The notes under the pieces: model-generated
The model's input: only the letters and a program-made list of their open reading frames with translations
Database searches by the model: none
Told to the model about the DNA's origin: nothing
Shown here: one piece after another, positions 1 through 8,590 of the stretch
Layout: every line of letters starts with the position of its first letter
How positions within the stretch are numbered: position 1 is the stretch's first letter
Assembly: GCA_035270825.1 (NCBI GenBank)
Contig: DATESL010000025.1
Location: 914-64,913, forward strand
DNA length: 64,000 nucleotides
Direction of reading: 5' to 3'
From: Candidatus Onthovivens sp.
GTDB lineage: Bacteria > Bacillota_I > Bacilli_A > RFN20 > CAG-826
Translations under genes and position numbers: made by a program

Positions 1-398
1 CTTTAAATACAGACTTAGTCTGTGATGCTATTAATACTGCGATGAGAGAATTATTCCTCCAAATTGTCTATGGAAGAACGCAAAGTGCCTTCTCTGATGA
101 TGGATTACCAATTGGAGCTGGACTTGAAGATTTAGGTAAGGGTTTAAGATCAGCTGTTGGTACTAACTATGCTACACGCGAAAAAGGACCACGTTATTTA
201 GAGTTAACAGAGGGTTATATTAACCGTTTAGCTTTAGATGAAAATAGCGAAATTATTGGTTATGAATATATCTCCCTTGGTAAGATGATGGAATCAATTA
301 AAAAGGGTGAAGATGCTAATAAAGCATTAGAATCAGCCAAAGGAATTTATGGTCGTTTTGCTGATGGGGTCAAATTTATTGATCCTAGAAAGGAATAG
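1..398 (+). CDS. C-terminal part of an unidentified conserved protein (5' end outside window), coupled to the GGGtGRT gene
   Basis: The frame is open from base 3; LNTDLVCDAINTA precedes the first Met at 42. Stop TAG 396-398 overlaps GTG 398 of the next ORF. I recognise no family from the 132 aa visible. Confidence 0.6.
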   Translation, partial: LNTDLVCDAINTAMRELFLQIVYGRTQSAFSDDGLPIGAGLEDLGKGLRSAVGTNYATREKGPRYLELTEGYINRLALDENSEIIGYEYISLGKMMESIKKGEDANKALESAKGIYGRFADGVKFIDPRKE

Positions 399-1408
399 TG
401 GAAAAAATGATTACATTTGAAGGATATGAAAGAAGAATTAAACAAATTGAACCAATCTTAACAAAGTATGGCTTTAAAGATTTTGATGCTGTTCAAGAAT
501 ATGTTTTATCAAAAGGCATTAATGCTTATGAAATTGTTAAAGGAATTCAAACTATTTGTTTTGAAAATGCTTGCTATGCTTATATGCTTGGGGCTGCTAT
601 TGCTTTAAAAGAAAATGCTCAAAAAGCATCTGATGCTGCTAAATTTGTTGGTCAAGGCTTACAAGCTTTCTGTATTCCAGGAAGTGTTGCTGATGATCGT
701 AAAGTTGGTTTAGGTCATGGAAATCTTGGCGCAATGCTTTTAGAAGATTCCACTAAATGTTTTGCATTTTTAGCTGGACATGAATCTTTTGCTGCAGCAG
801 AGGGCGCAATTGGAATTGCTCGTACTGCTAATAAAGCACGTAAGGAACCTTTAAGAGTTATTCTTAATGGTTTAGGAAAAGATGCTGCTAAAATTATTTC
901 TCGTGTTAACGGTTTCACTCATGTTGAAACCAAATTTGATTACTACACTGGTAAATTAGAAGTTATTTCCAAACACCCTTATTCTAAAGGTGAAAGAGCT
1001 TTAGTTAATTGTTATGGAGCTGATGATGTTCGTGAAGGTGTTGCTATTATGCATTTAGAGGGCGTTGATGTTTCCATTACTGGTAACTCTACTAACCCAA
1101 CCCGTTTCCAACATCCAGTTGCTGGAACTTATAAAAAAGAATGTAACGAACAAAATAAAAAATATTTCTCCGTTGCTAGTGGTGGTGGTACTGGTCGTAC
1201 TTTACACCCAGATAATATGGCTGCTGGTCCTGCAAGTTATGGGATGACTGATACTATGGGTAGAATGCATAGTGATGCTCAATTTGCTGGTTCTTCTAGT
1301 GTTCCTGCTCACGTTGAAATGATGGGCTTAATTGGAATGGGCAATAACCCAATGGTCGGAGCAACTGTTGCAATTGCTGTTGCTGTTTATCAAGTTAATA
1401 ATAAATAG
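398..1408 (+). CDS. GGGtGRT-family protein (conserved, function unknown)
   Basis: The 336-aa ORF carries the literal signature ASGGGTGRTLHPDN and a Gly/Ala-rich C-terminus. The start is either GTG 398 (overlapping the upstream stop) or in-frame ATG 407. Confidence 0.8.
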   Translation: MEKMITFEGYERRIKQIEPILTKYGFKDFDAVQEYVLSKGINAYEIVKGIQTICFENACYAYMLGAAIALKENAQKASDAAKFVGQGLQAFCIPGSVADDRKVGLGHGNLGAMLLEDSTKCFAFLAGHESFAAAEGAIGIARTANKARKEPLRVILNGLGKDAAKIISRVNGFTHVETKFDYYTGKLEVISKHPYSKGERALVNCYGADDVREGVAIMHLEGVDVSITGNSTNPTRFQHPVAGTYKKECNEQNKKYFSVASGGGTGRTLHPDNMAAGPASYGMTDTMGRMHSDAQFAGSSSVPAHVEMMGLIGMGNNPMVGATVAIAVAVYQVNNK

Positions 1409-1430
1409 TTGTTATTTATTCTAATATAAA

Positions 1431-1460
1431 AAGACTCTCTGAATTAGAGAGTCTTTTTTG
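1431..1460. terminator. Bidirectional rho-independent terminator between the GGGtGRT gene and the WYL regulator
   Basis: AAGACTCTCT-gaatt-AGAGAGTCTT, a 10-bp perfect stem with an A-run upstream and a T-run downstream. Confidence 0.8.
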
Positions 1461-2447
1461 TTATAAATTATACCTTTTTAAGGCTCCTTCTAATACTTCC
1501 TTAATCTGATGACGCATGTATTGAGGTTCGATTACCTCAACTAAGTTTAAATATTGAATTGCCCAATAAAAGAAGGCTTTTTCATTACATTTGATTGTAG
1601 CAAAGTATTCATCCTCACATTTAATGATTCGTGAATTTTTACCAAAACTATCAAAGATTGGTGTAAAGGCACTTTCATTTTTTAATTTAATCTTAAATGT
1701 TGTCACGTCACCACCAAATATATAAACATGATCATTAATATAATTGGTAATCGAGAAGTTTTTTCCCATATCTTCAATTTCTGAAAAAGGTTTAATGTCT
1801 CGATCTTCTAAAACATGAACATTAGCAATAAAATCTAAACGATAAACGGTCATATTATTGTAACGTCTTTTATTTCCTAATAAGTAATATTTACCAATAT
1901 TATTAACTAAAAAATAAGGTGAAACATGATGAATATAACTATTCATTCGATCTTTTAAATTCCCACACTCATTATATTCTAGATAATTAAACCCAACCAT
2001 TTTATTTCTTTTAATCGCATCGGTAATAACTTCAATTGTAAAAAAGAGTTCCTTATTAGCAGTACGAGTTATATCAACTGCTTTTGAAAGAAATGGATAT
2101 TCTTTTCGATCATTAATACTTAAACAAGAATTTAATCCCTTAATAATACTTTGAGCTTGCGCTCCATTAATAATTTTACTAGAAAAAACAGCATCTATTA
2201 AAAAAGCAATTTCACTTTTATCAAATAATCTGGAGAATAATGCAGCCCCTCCACCAGGAGCAACATTAATATCTAATCCTAGTTCTTTTAAAAGAGCTAG
2301 CGAACTCCCAATCGATTTTCTCTCATATCGGACCCCATAAATTTGATCTATTTTTTCTACTATTTCTTGGTGTGTTAAAAAATGATTTTCATCAGTATAG
2401 TCTTTAAGTATTTCAATAATATAAATCAACGAAGCTTTCTTACTCAT
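1461..2447 (-). CDS. WYL-domain transcriptional regulator (HTH + WYL + WCX architecture)
   Basis: N-terminal winged-HTH-like segment (LTHQEIVEKIDQIYGVRYERKSIGSSLALLKELG). The central block VSPYFLVNNIGKYYLLGNKRRYNNMTVYRLDFI matches the WYL pattern. The C-terminal VEVIEPQYMRHQIKEVL matches the WCX pattern. Confidence 0.75.
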   Translation of the reverse strand: MSKKASLIYIIEILKDYTDENHFLTHQEIVEKIDQIYGVRYERKSIGSSLALLKELGLDINVAPGGGAALFSRLFDKSEIAFLIDAVFSSKIINGAQAQSIIKGLNSCLSINDRKEYPFLSKAVDITRTANKELFFTIEVITDAIKRNKMVGFNYLEYNECGNLKDRMNSYIHHVSPYFLVNNIGKYYLLGNKRRYNNMTVYRLDFIANVHVLEDRDIKPFSEIEDMGKNFSITNYINDHVYIFGGDVTTFKIKLKNESAFTPIFDSFGKNSRIIKCEDEYFATIKCNEKAFFYWAIQYLNLVEVIEPQYMRHQIKEVLEGALKRYNL

Positions 2448-2620
2448 ATTTTATACCTCTTGAAATTTTATTATACTATAAGTTGTGTACATTAAAAAGG
2501 ACATAGAAGATAAATTAATACTCTCTTTCTAAAATAATCATTCACTTCTTATCAATTATAGTGTCATAGTCCTACTTTTAGTTATATAATTAAAGTGAAT
2601 TTAAAAAGGAATAAATCACT

Positions 2621-3010
2621 ATGCAAATTGCTCTAATCGCTCACAACAAGAAAAAAGACGATATGATCGCCTTGACTATGAAGTATCAAGAAACTTTAAA
2701 ACTTCATAAATTATACGCTACTGGAACAACTGGGATGCTTATTAATAAAGCAACTGGTTTAGATGTCACTTGTATGAAATCAGGACCACTTGGTGGAGAC
2801 CAACAAATCGGTTCAATGATTGCTGAAAATTCTTTAGATCTTGTTATTTTTTTAAGAGATCCATTAACTGCTCAACCCCATGAACCAGATGTCAGTGCTC
2901 TTTTACGCTTATGTGATGTTACTTCTACTCCCCTTGCTACAAATCTTGCAGCTGCTGAAATTATGCTCATTGCCCTTTCTAGAGAAGAAATAATTTGTTT
3001 AAAAAAATAA
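2621..3010 (+). CDS. mgsA: Methylglyoxal synthase
   Basis: 129 aa. The motifs [30 protein letters not shown] and [12 protein letters not shown] are typical MgsA motifs. Confidence 0.92.
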   Translation: MQIALIAHNKKKDDMIALTMKYQETLKLHKLYATGTTGMLINKATGLDVTCMKSGPLGGDQQIGSMIAENSLDLVIFLRDPLTAQPHEPDVSALLRLCDVTSTPLATNLAAAEIMLIALSREEIICLKK

Positions 3011-3030
3011 CCCTCGAAAGGGTTATTTTT
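3008..3030. terminator. Bidirectional terminator shared by mgsA and the convergent GNAT-like gene
   Basis: TAACCCT-cgaa-AGGGTTA, flanked by A7 upstream and T5 downstream. It overlaps both stop codons. Confidence 0.75.
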
Positions 3031-3262
3031 GTTTTCTAATTGATTCCATGTATTTTTGCGCATATGAGCAGAGTGGAACGATTTTTTTGTTTTTAACAAT
3101 TGATAAATCAATAATTTTACTCATTAACTCTTGTGCTTTGCCTTGTCCTCGATAATCATCTCGGACATAAACTTTATTAACATATAATGAATCATCTTTA
3201 ATCTCATATTCAACGTAACCAATGGTTTCATTTTTATCTTCTAAATTTAATCTTTCTAACAT
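3023..3262 (-). CDS. Small GNAT-like N-acetyltransferase domain protein (YjdJ-like)
   Basis: 79 aa. VYVRDDYRGQGKAQELMSKIIDL is an acetyl-CoA-binding-type R/QxxGxG/A motif, and the C-terminal PLCSYAQKY is typical of the short GNAT-like family. Confidence 0.65.
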   Translation of the reverse strand: MLERLNLEDKNETIGYVEYEIKDDSLYVNKVYVRDDYRGQGKAQELMSKIIDLSIVKNKKIVPLCSYAQKYMESIRKQK

Positions 3263-3336
3263 TTTGTTTATCTCCTTTATATATCTATATTATATAGTAA
3301 ATAAAGATAAAAATGACTAGATATGCTTAAGATTTG

Positions 3337-3516
3337 TTATTTATCCTTTTTCTTATACTTCTTTTTATACATCTTGACCATTTTTTTAGATTTAGAGTGA
3401 CAACTGGCACATTCCCCAGTTGGTTTTTTCTTTACTTTTTTATATATATAAACTCCAAAGAAAGTTCCAACAACTAAAATAATGGCAATAATGGTAATAA
3501 TTTCTACTGGGTGCAT
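3337..3516 (-). CDS. FeoB-associated Cys-rich small membrane protein (59 aa, absent from the ORF track)
   Basis: Manual translation gives MHPVEIITIIAIILVVGTFFGVYIYKKVKKKPTGECASCHSKSKKMVKMYKKKYKKKDK: one TM helix, a CxxC, and a Lys-rich tail. The ATG lies 3 nt after the feoB stop. Confidence 0.75.
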   Translation of the reverse strand: MHPVEIITIIAIILVVGTFFGVYIYKKVKKKPTGECASCHSKSKKMVKMYKKKYKKKDK

Positions 3517-3519
3517 AGG

Positions 3520-5787
3520 TTATGAACTCCCTAATTTCTTTTGATCTTTATATTTATTATAAAACTTAATAGCAAGAATCATTAAAGCAATTAAAGCAAT
3601 AAAGATAAAGACGCTCCACCAAAATGTTCCAATTAAATAGATAGCACTTGAAACAACATAAGAAATAACTAACCAGAAAACAATTGTTCCCTTAAATTTA
3701 GGTTTCGTTAATTCAGCTCTTGCTGTTGCAACGGCTGCAAAGCAAGGAATTGTTAACATATTAAAGGCAATAAATGCCAATAACCCTGGAGCACCAATTC
3801 CAGTTGCTTCAATCATCGCTTCAACAGCCGCTAACCCTTCAATTGCTTCTCCTCCTGGTGGCGTAAAGCCAGCCACGATTGAAGCCGCTAAAGTCCCCAT
3901 AGCACCAACAACATTTTCTTTTGCAATTAATCCACTAATAGCAGCAACCACAAAGACCCATCCAAGATTAGTAAGTTGTGAGCCAAAACCAAGGGGAGTA
4001 AAAAGTGGTGTAATCAGTTGACCAAGACCGGCTAAGATTGAAAGATTTATTTGATCATTTTCAAGATAAGTCCAGTTCCAAGAAAAATGCATAACAAACC
4101 AAATAAAGATTGTTGAAATTAAAATAATAGTAAAAGCTTTCGTAATAAAGTGTTTAGCCTTATCCCATAGATGAAGGGCTAAAGATTTTGCTTGTGGAAG
4201 ATGATAGTTTGGTAACTCCATAATAAATGAAGGAACTTCCCCGCGCATTGTTGTGGAGCGCATTAATATTACTCCCCCCACAGCAGTTGCCATCCCAAGG
4301 ACATACATTCCTAAAGTAATCAGATCAACGTTCAAAAATCCAAATCGAGCCGCGATTCCCCCAGATATTGCTGTTAATATTGGTAATTTAGCTCCACAAC
4401 TAAAGAAAGGAATAACTCTAATTGTTGCAACTCTTTCATTATCATTGGCTAATGTTCTTGTATTAATCATGGCCGGAACACTACAACCAAAACCCATAAT
4501 CATTGGTAAAAAGGCACGACCTGAAAGACCAAATTTTCTAAAGATTCGATCAAGAATAAAAGCTACTCGAGCCATATACCCAGAGTCTTCAAGGATTGAA
4601 AAGAATAAGAATAGTAATAAGATCTGTGGTAAAAACCCAATAACAGCAAATAACCCACCTAAAACTCCATCTCCAATAAAGCCAACTACCCAGGAGGGAG
4701 TATTGATTGCAACTAGTGAAGAGTTAACTACTCCTCCAAGCTGCCCTAAACCAATTTCTAGAAGATTTGCTAAAATTACTCCAGGTGAATTAATACCACC
4801 ATTGGCAAATAATCCTTCAAAAACACTTCCTTCAAAAGAAACTAATCCTTCACTTCCAAAAGCTCCAAAAGCATTTAAGAAGAGAAAGTCCTCTGAGAAA
4901 GTAAAATGGAATATAAGGAATAAAAAGAGAATAAAGAATGGAAAACCCGCCCATTTATTTGTTAAAACTTTATCAATTCGATCAGAAATTGTTAGTTTAT
5001 CTTTTATTTCTTTTTTAGTTAAGACAACTGAAAAATGTTTAGTAATATATTTATAACGAGCATCAGCAACAATTGCTTCAAAATCATTATCAAATACTTC
5101 ATCTTTAAAATTCTTTTTAAATTCTTTAACAACTTCAACAAGATCAGTATGCATTGCAACTTCTAATTCATCAAGTTCAATTAATTTAATAGCATGGAAT
5201 AATGGGTTTTCTAGCTTTAATCCTTTAAAAGCAGTTTCAATATTATTGATTAAAGAAGTTAACTTCATATCTTCTAAAACTGTATTAGCTTTTCTTGTTT
5301 TTAAAGATTCATTATAGGCAACATCCATTAAATGTTCTAAGTTTGTTCTCTTTAAAGCACTAATTTCAACAACTGGAACCCCAATTAATTTTTCTAACTT
5401 TTTAGCATCAATCCTGTCTCCTTGTTTATTTAGAGCATCCATCATATTAAGGGCAATAACAACCGGAACATCAATTTCTAGTAACTGCGTTGTTAGATAA
5501 AGATTTCTTTCAAGATTTGTTGTATCAATAATATTAATAATACAATCTGGTTTCTCATCCAAAATAAAATTACGAGCAATAACTTCCTCGGAAGTATATG
5601 GTGAAAGGGAATAAATCCCAGGTAAATCAATAATATCTAAAGGTTCTTTTGTTTTTTTATAAGTTCCACTTCTTTTATCAACCGTAACCCCTGGCCAGTT
5701 TCCAACATGAGCATTAGATCCAGTTAAAGAATTAAAAAGGGTGGTTTTACCACTATTTGGATTTCCCGCAAGAGCAATTTTTCTCAT
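3520..5787 (-). CDS. feoB: Ferrous iron transporter FeoB (G-domain plus polytopic permease)
   Basis: 755 aa. N-terminal GNPNSGKTTLFN P-loop and DLPG switch, followed by a long hydrophobic permease domain. Confidence 0.95.
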   Translation of the reverse strand: MRKIALAGNPNSGKTTLFNSLTGSNAHVGNWPGVTVDKRSGTYKKTKEPLDIIDLPGIYSLSPYTSEEVIARNFILDEKPDCIINIIDTTNLERNLYLTTQLLEIDVPVVIALNMMDALNKQGDRIDAKKLEKLIGVPVVEISALKRTNLEHLMDVAYNESLKTRKANTVLEDMKLTSLINNIETAFKGLKLENPLFHAIKLIELDELEVAMHTDLVEVVKEFKKNFKDEVFDNDFEAIVADARYKYITKHFSVVLTKKEIKDKLTISDRIDKVLTNKWAGFPFFILFLFLIFHFTFSEDFLFLNAFGAFGSEGLVSFEGSVFEGLFANGGINSPGVILANLLEIGLGQLGGVVNSSLVAINTPSWVVGFIGDGVLGGLFAVIGFLPQILLLFLFFSILEDSGYMARVAFILDRIFRKFGLSGRAFLPMIMGFGCSVPAMINTRTLANDNERVATIRVIPFFSCGAKLPILTAISGGIAARFGFLNVDLITLGMYVLGMATAVGGVILMRSTTMRGEVPSFIMELPNYHLPQAKSLALHLWDKAKHFITKAFTIILISTIFIWFVMHFSWNWTYLENDQINLSILAGLGQLITPLFTPLGFGSQLTNLGWVFVVAAISGLIAKENVVGAMGTLAASIVAGFTPPGGEAIEGLAAVEAMIEATGIGAPGLLAFIAFNMLTIPCFAAVATARAELTKPKFKGTIVFWLVISYVVSSAIYLIGTFWWSVFIFIALIALMILAIKFYNKYKDQKKLGSS

Positions 5788-5788
5788 A

Positions 5789-6031
5789 TTAATACACTCC
5801 TTTTGATTCTAAAAGAATCATCTCAGCTTCAGTTTTTCTTAAACTTAATTCATAGCCTCTAATTGAAATTTGTAAAGGGTCACCTAAAGGAGCTGCTTTT
5901 CTTAAAAAGACCTCAGCACCGGGAGTAATTCCCATGTCAAAAAGTCTTCTTCTTAATTTGTGTTCTCCAGGAGCAACACTAACAATAATTCCATGTTCTC
6001 CAATCGTGAATTCATTTAACTTTTTCTTCAT
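5789..6031 (-). CDS. feoA: FeoA family iron transport protein
   Basis: SH3-like FeoA sequence (LRRRLFDMGITPGAEV, ISIRGYELSLRKTEA). The ORF track starts at 6058, but Met10 (6031) is preceded by a GAGGA SD, so it is the likelier start. Confidence 0.85.
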   Translation of the reverse strand: MKKKLNEFTIGEHGIIVSVAPGEHKLRRRLFDMGITPGAEVFLRKAAPLGDPLQISIRGYELSLRKTEAEMILLESKGVY

Positions 6032-6072
6032 AAAATCCTCATTTCTACTATGATTCAACTAACTTCTAATTG

Positions 6073-6090
6073 AGTTAGTTATCACTAACC
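6073..6090. promoter_or_regulatory. Candidate metalloregulator operator in the feoA / DtxR-family divergent region
   Basis: Inverted repeat AGTTAGT-tatc-ACTAACc lies just upstream of feoA. The half-site AGTTAGT recurs at 6141-6147. Confidence 0.4.
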
Positions 6091-6221
6091 ACATATATTA
6101 TATAGAATTCTATTCTATTGTCAATAACTATTAATTAAGAAGTTAGTGTTATATTACTACTTACTCATTCTACTTGAATAAGTTTCTTTTATTGAGTATA
6201 TTAATAAAGTGAGGTTAGGCA

Positions 6222-6596
6222 ATGGAATTATTAGAATCAAGTGAAGATTATCTAGAAAGAATCTTAATGTTACAAAAAGAAATTGGCACTGTTAGATCAA
6301 TTGATTTAGCTAATTCTTTAAATTACTCAAAAGCTTCTGTTAGTGTTGCAATGAAAAAACTAAAAGAAAACAAATATATTATTATTGATGAATTAGGTTA
6401 TATCTTTTTAACTCTTAAAGGAAAAGAAATTGCAAATAAGGTTTTAGAAAGACATGAAATGATCGCTAAAATCTTTGTTAAATTAGGAGTAAGTGAAAAG
6501 CAAGCTCTCATAGATGCTTGTAAAGTTGAACATTGTTTGAGTGAAGAAACATTCAATGCTATAAAAGAAACTATTAAAAAGAAGGATTTAATCTAA
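6222..6596 (+). CDS. DtxR/MntR-family metal-dependent transcriptional repressor
   Basis: 124 aa. SEDYLERILML, then the HTH VRSIDLANSLNYSKASVSVAMKKLKE, and C-terminal EHCLSEE metal-site-like residues. It is divergent from feoAB. Confidence 0.85.
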   Translation: MELLESSEDYLERILMLQKEIGTVRSIDLANSLNYSKASVSVAMKKLKENKYIIIDELGYIFLTLKGKEIANKVLERHEMIAKIFVKLGVSEKQALIDACKVEHCLSEETFNAIKETIKKKDLI

Positions 6597-6750
6597 AAAA
6601 TCCTTCTTTTTTTATTCTCTAATTGTTAGCTTTCTAAGAATCTTATTTCTCCTTAAAATAGCTCTAGAAAATGAAAGTCCACAAATTTATAAGTAATTGT
6701 AAATAATTATTATTTAATATATAATATTAAGGCTATAAAGGAAGAAAATT

Positions 6751-7773
6751 ATGGGAAATAAAAATATTAAAGTCGTTAAAACAAAAAAGAAATTTAATAT
6801 GACTCGCGTCATGTACTATTTAAAATCATTAATTAATAACCAATCATGTAAAGAAATTGGTGTTAAGAAATGGCCTTGGTCAATCATTGTCTTCTTTGTC
6901 TCTGTTCTTATTGCAATGATTCCAACAACCGTTTCAGCTGCTAACATGCAAGGAAGTGGTTATATTAGTAATACACGTAATGATGTTTTTAAGAACTCCT
7001 TACATGAATATGCTAATAGTAGTGATGTTAATGATTTTAAAATCACTGGAAATGTGGCCTCATTTGATGGAGAAGTTGAAACTGAAGAAATTAATGTTGG
7101 AAACGGCATTAAATATACAATTCCTAAAGCTGTTTATACCTTTGAATATACTGACTCAAATAGTTTAACTACCAAGTTTAAATTGTTTTTCATTGAAGGT
7201 GAACAACATTTATTTAGTAATACTGCTACTCAAGTTCAAGAAGTTAATAAAGATGTTTCCTATATTATCTTTGGTGAACGTTACTATATTTCTAGTTTAT
7301 TTAGTAGTGGTCAACAATATGGATCGGTGAGCGGAAATTATTCTCGCTTTGAAGATGTTACTTCATTTAAGGGTTATCTTTTAAAAGATGTTTCATCAAC
7401 TGCTTCTTTAAATGAACAAAAAGAAGCCATCATTACAAATTATGGCTTATTCGTTAATACTGTTTATGAATCATTAAAAATGGATTTAGTTTTAGTTCAA
7501 TCTGGAATAATTCTTGGAATTAATGGTGGTTTAATTCTTTTAATGGCTTTAGTTGTTTACTTTATGACTAGAGGAAAATACAATCCTAATCGTGATATTA
7601 AAATTTATCAAGCAATGGGAATCGCCTTTACTGCAACTTTAACTCCAGCTCTATTGGCAATGATTTTAGGGTTCTTAGTTCCTAGCTTCTCAATTATGAT
7701 GTTTATTATGATTTATGGATTTAGAATTATGTGGTTATCAATGAAATATTTAAGACCACAACCACAAGCTTAA
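6751..7773 (+). CDS. Hypothetical polytopic membrane protein
   Basis: 340 aa. Basic N-terminus, one TM helix (WSIIVFFVSVLIAMIPTTV), a roughly 170-aa extracytoplasmic region, then about 3 C-terminal TM helices. Good SD (AAGGAAG). No family assigned with confidence. Confidence 0.55.
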   Translation: MGNKNIKVVKTKKKFNMTRVMYYLKSLINNQSCKEIGVKKWPWSIIVFFVSVLIAMIPTTVSAANMQGSGYISNTRNDVFKNSLHEYANSSDVNDFKITGNVASFDGEVETEEINVGNGIKYTIPKAVYTFEYTDSNSLTTKFKLFFIEGEQHLFSNTATQVQEVNKDVSYIIFGERYYISSLFSSGQQYGSVSGNYSRFEDVTSFKGYLLKDVSSTASLNEQKEAIITNYGLFVNTVYESLKMDLVLVQSGIILGINGGLILLMALVVYFMTRGKYNPNRDIKIYQAMGIAFTATLTPALLAMILGFLVPSFSIMMFIMIYGFRIMWLSMKYLRPQPQA

Positions 7774-8108
7774 TCTTTCCAATCACTATCAGGGTTTGCT
7801 TTATTATCAAAACTTAATTTGCACTTACCCAAGATATCATCAATTTCTCGATAGATAAAGTTATCTTTATAAACAACTGGGCTTTCAAAGTCAGCTGTGA
7901 AGATAACTTTTTTATTTGTTTTAACAACATCTAAAAGAGTATTAATAATTAAAGGAAAATCATCTAAAAATTGATCTTTTAGATATTCAAGTTGCGTAAG
8001 AAAGTTTGGTTCAAGATAAAACTCTCCATCTTCTAAGCGATATAAAATAATATCTTTATAATCCTTATCAACAATTCTTTCTAAGTTATTAAATTCATTT
8101 AATTTCAT
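7770..8108 (-). CDS. Hypothetical small acidic protein, last gene of the dnaB-yycJ-rlmH operon
   Basis: 112 aa and Asp/Glu-rich. SD GGAG lies right after the rlmH stop. No recognisable motifs. Confidence 0.5.
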   Translation of the reverse strand: MKLNEFNNLERIVDKDYKDIILYRLEDGEFYLEPNFLTQLEYLKDQFLDDFPLIINTLLDVVKTNKKVIFTADFESPVVYKDNFIYREIDDILGKCKLSFDNKANPDSDWKD

Positions 8109-8119
8109 ATTTTTTCTCC

Positions 8120-8590
8120 TTAATGATGATATTTTTCATTTCTATTTATTTTAAAAGCACGATATATTTGTTCTAATAATAAAACTCTAGTTACTTGATG
8201 AGTAAAAGTCATTTGTGAAATAGATAAACGGAAATTAGCACGTTTTCTTAAAGATTCACTGACCCCTAATGTCCCTCCAATTGCAAAAAAGACAGGGGAT
8301 GTCCCCTTATTTTCTAATTCTTGTAGATTAAGGGCGAATTCTTCACTACTAATTTCTTTGCCGTGCAGATCTAATAAGATTAAATAATCATTATTTGCTA
8401 ACTTATTTAAAATAGCATTTCCTTCGACTTCTAAAATATCTTCAACGCTTTTATTTTGAATTTTTTCTTCTTCTAATTCAATAATCTCAACAGAGGCAAA
8501 TTTGGATAATCTTTTTAAATATTCCTTAATTGCCATTTTATTGAAATCTTCCTTTATTTTACCAATAGCTAAAATTTTTAACTTGATCAT
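8120..8590 (-). CDS. rlmH: 23S rRNA (pseudouridine1915-N3)-methyltransferase RlmH
   Basis: 156 aa SPOUT fold. IGGTLGVS, the C-terminal LSISQMTFTHQVTRVLLLEQIYRAF, and the length are all typical of RlmH. Confidence 0.9.
   Translation of the reverse strand: MIKLKILAIGKIKEDFNKMAIKEYLKRLSKFASVEIIELEEEKIQNKSVEDILEVEGNAILNKLANNDYLILLDLHGKEISSEEFALNLQELENKGTSPVFFAIGGTLGVSESLRKRANFRLSISQMTFTHQVTRVLLLEQIYRAFKINRNEKYHH

Noticed and set aside
715-1247. Short ORFs (715-918 minus, 1065-1247 plus) overlapping the GGGtGRT gene
   Set aside because: They are alternative-frame or antisense artefacts within a longer, motif-bearing CDS. The same holds for the other 60-100-aa nested ORFs in the track, for example 2872-3111, 10279-10467, 13730-13954, 17079-17357, 18172-18918, 20819-21073, 33218-33430, 48955-49263 and 60980-61186.
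4253-5056. A 267-aa ORF on the plus strand inside feoB
   Set aside because: It lies entirely antisense to the well-supported feoB CDS. Its Pro/Lys/Ile-rich, low-complexity translation is what the reverse frame of a hydrophobic AT-rich gene produces. It has no SD or motifs.
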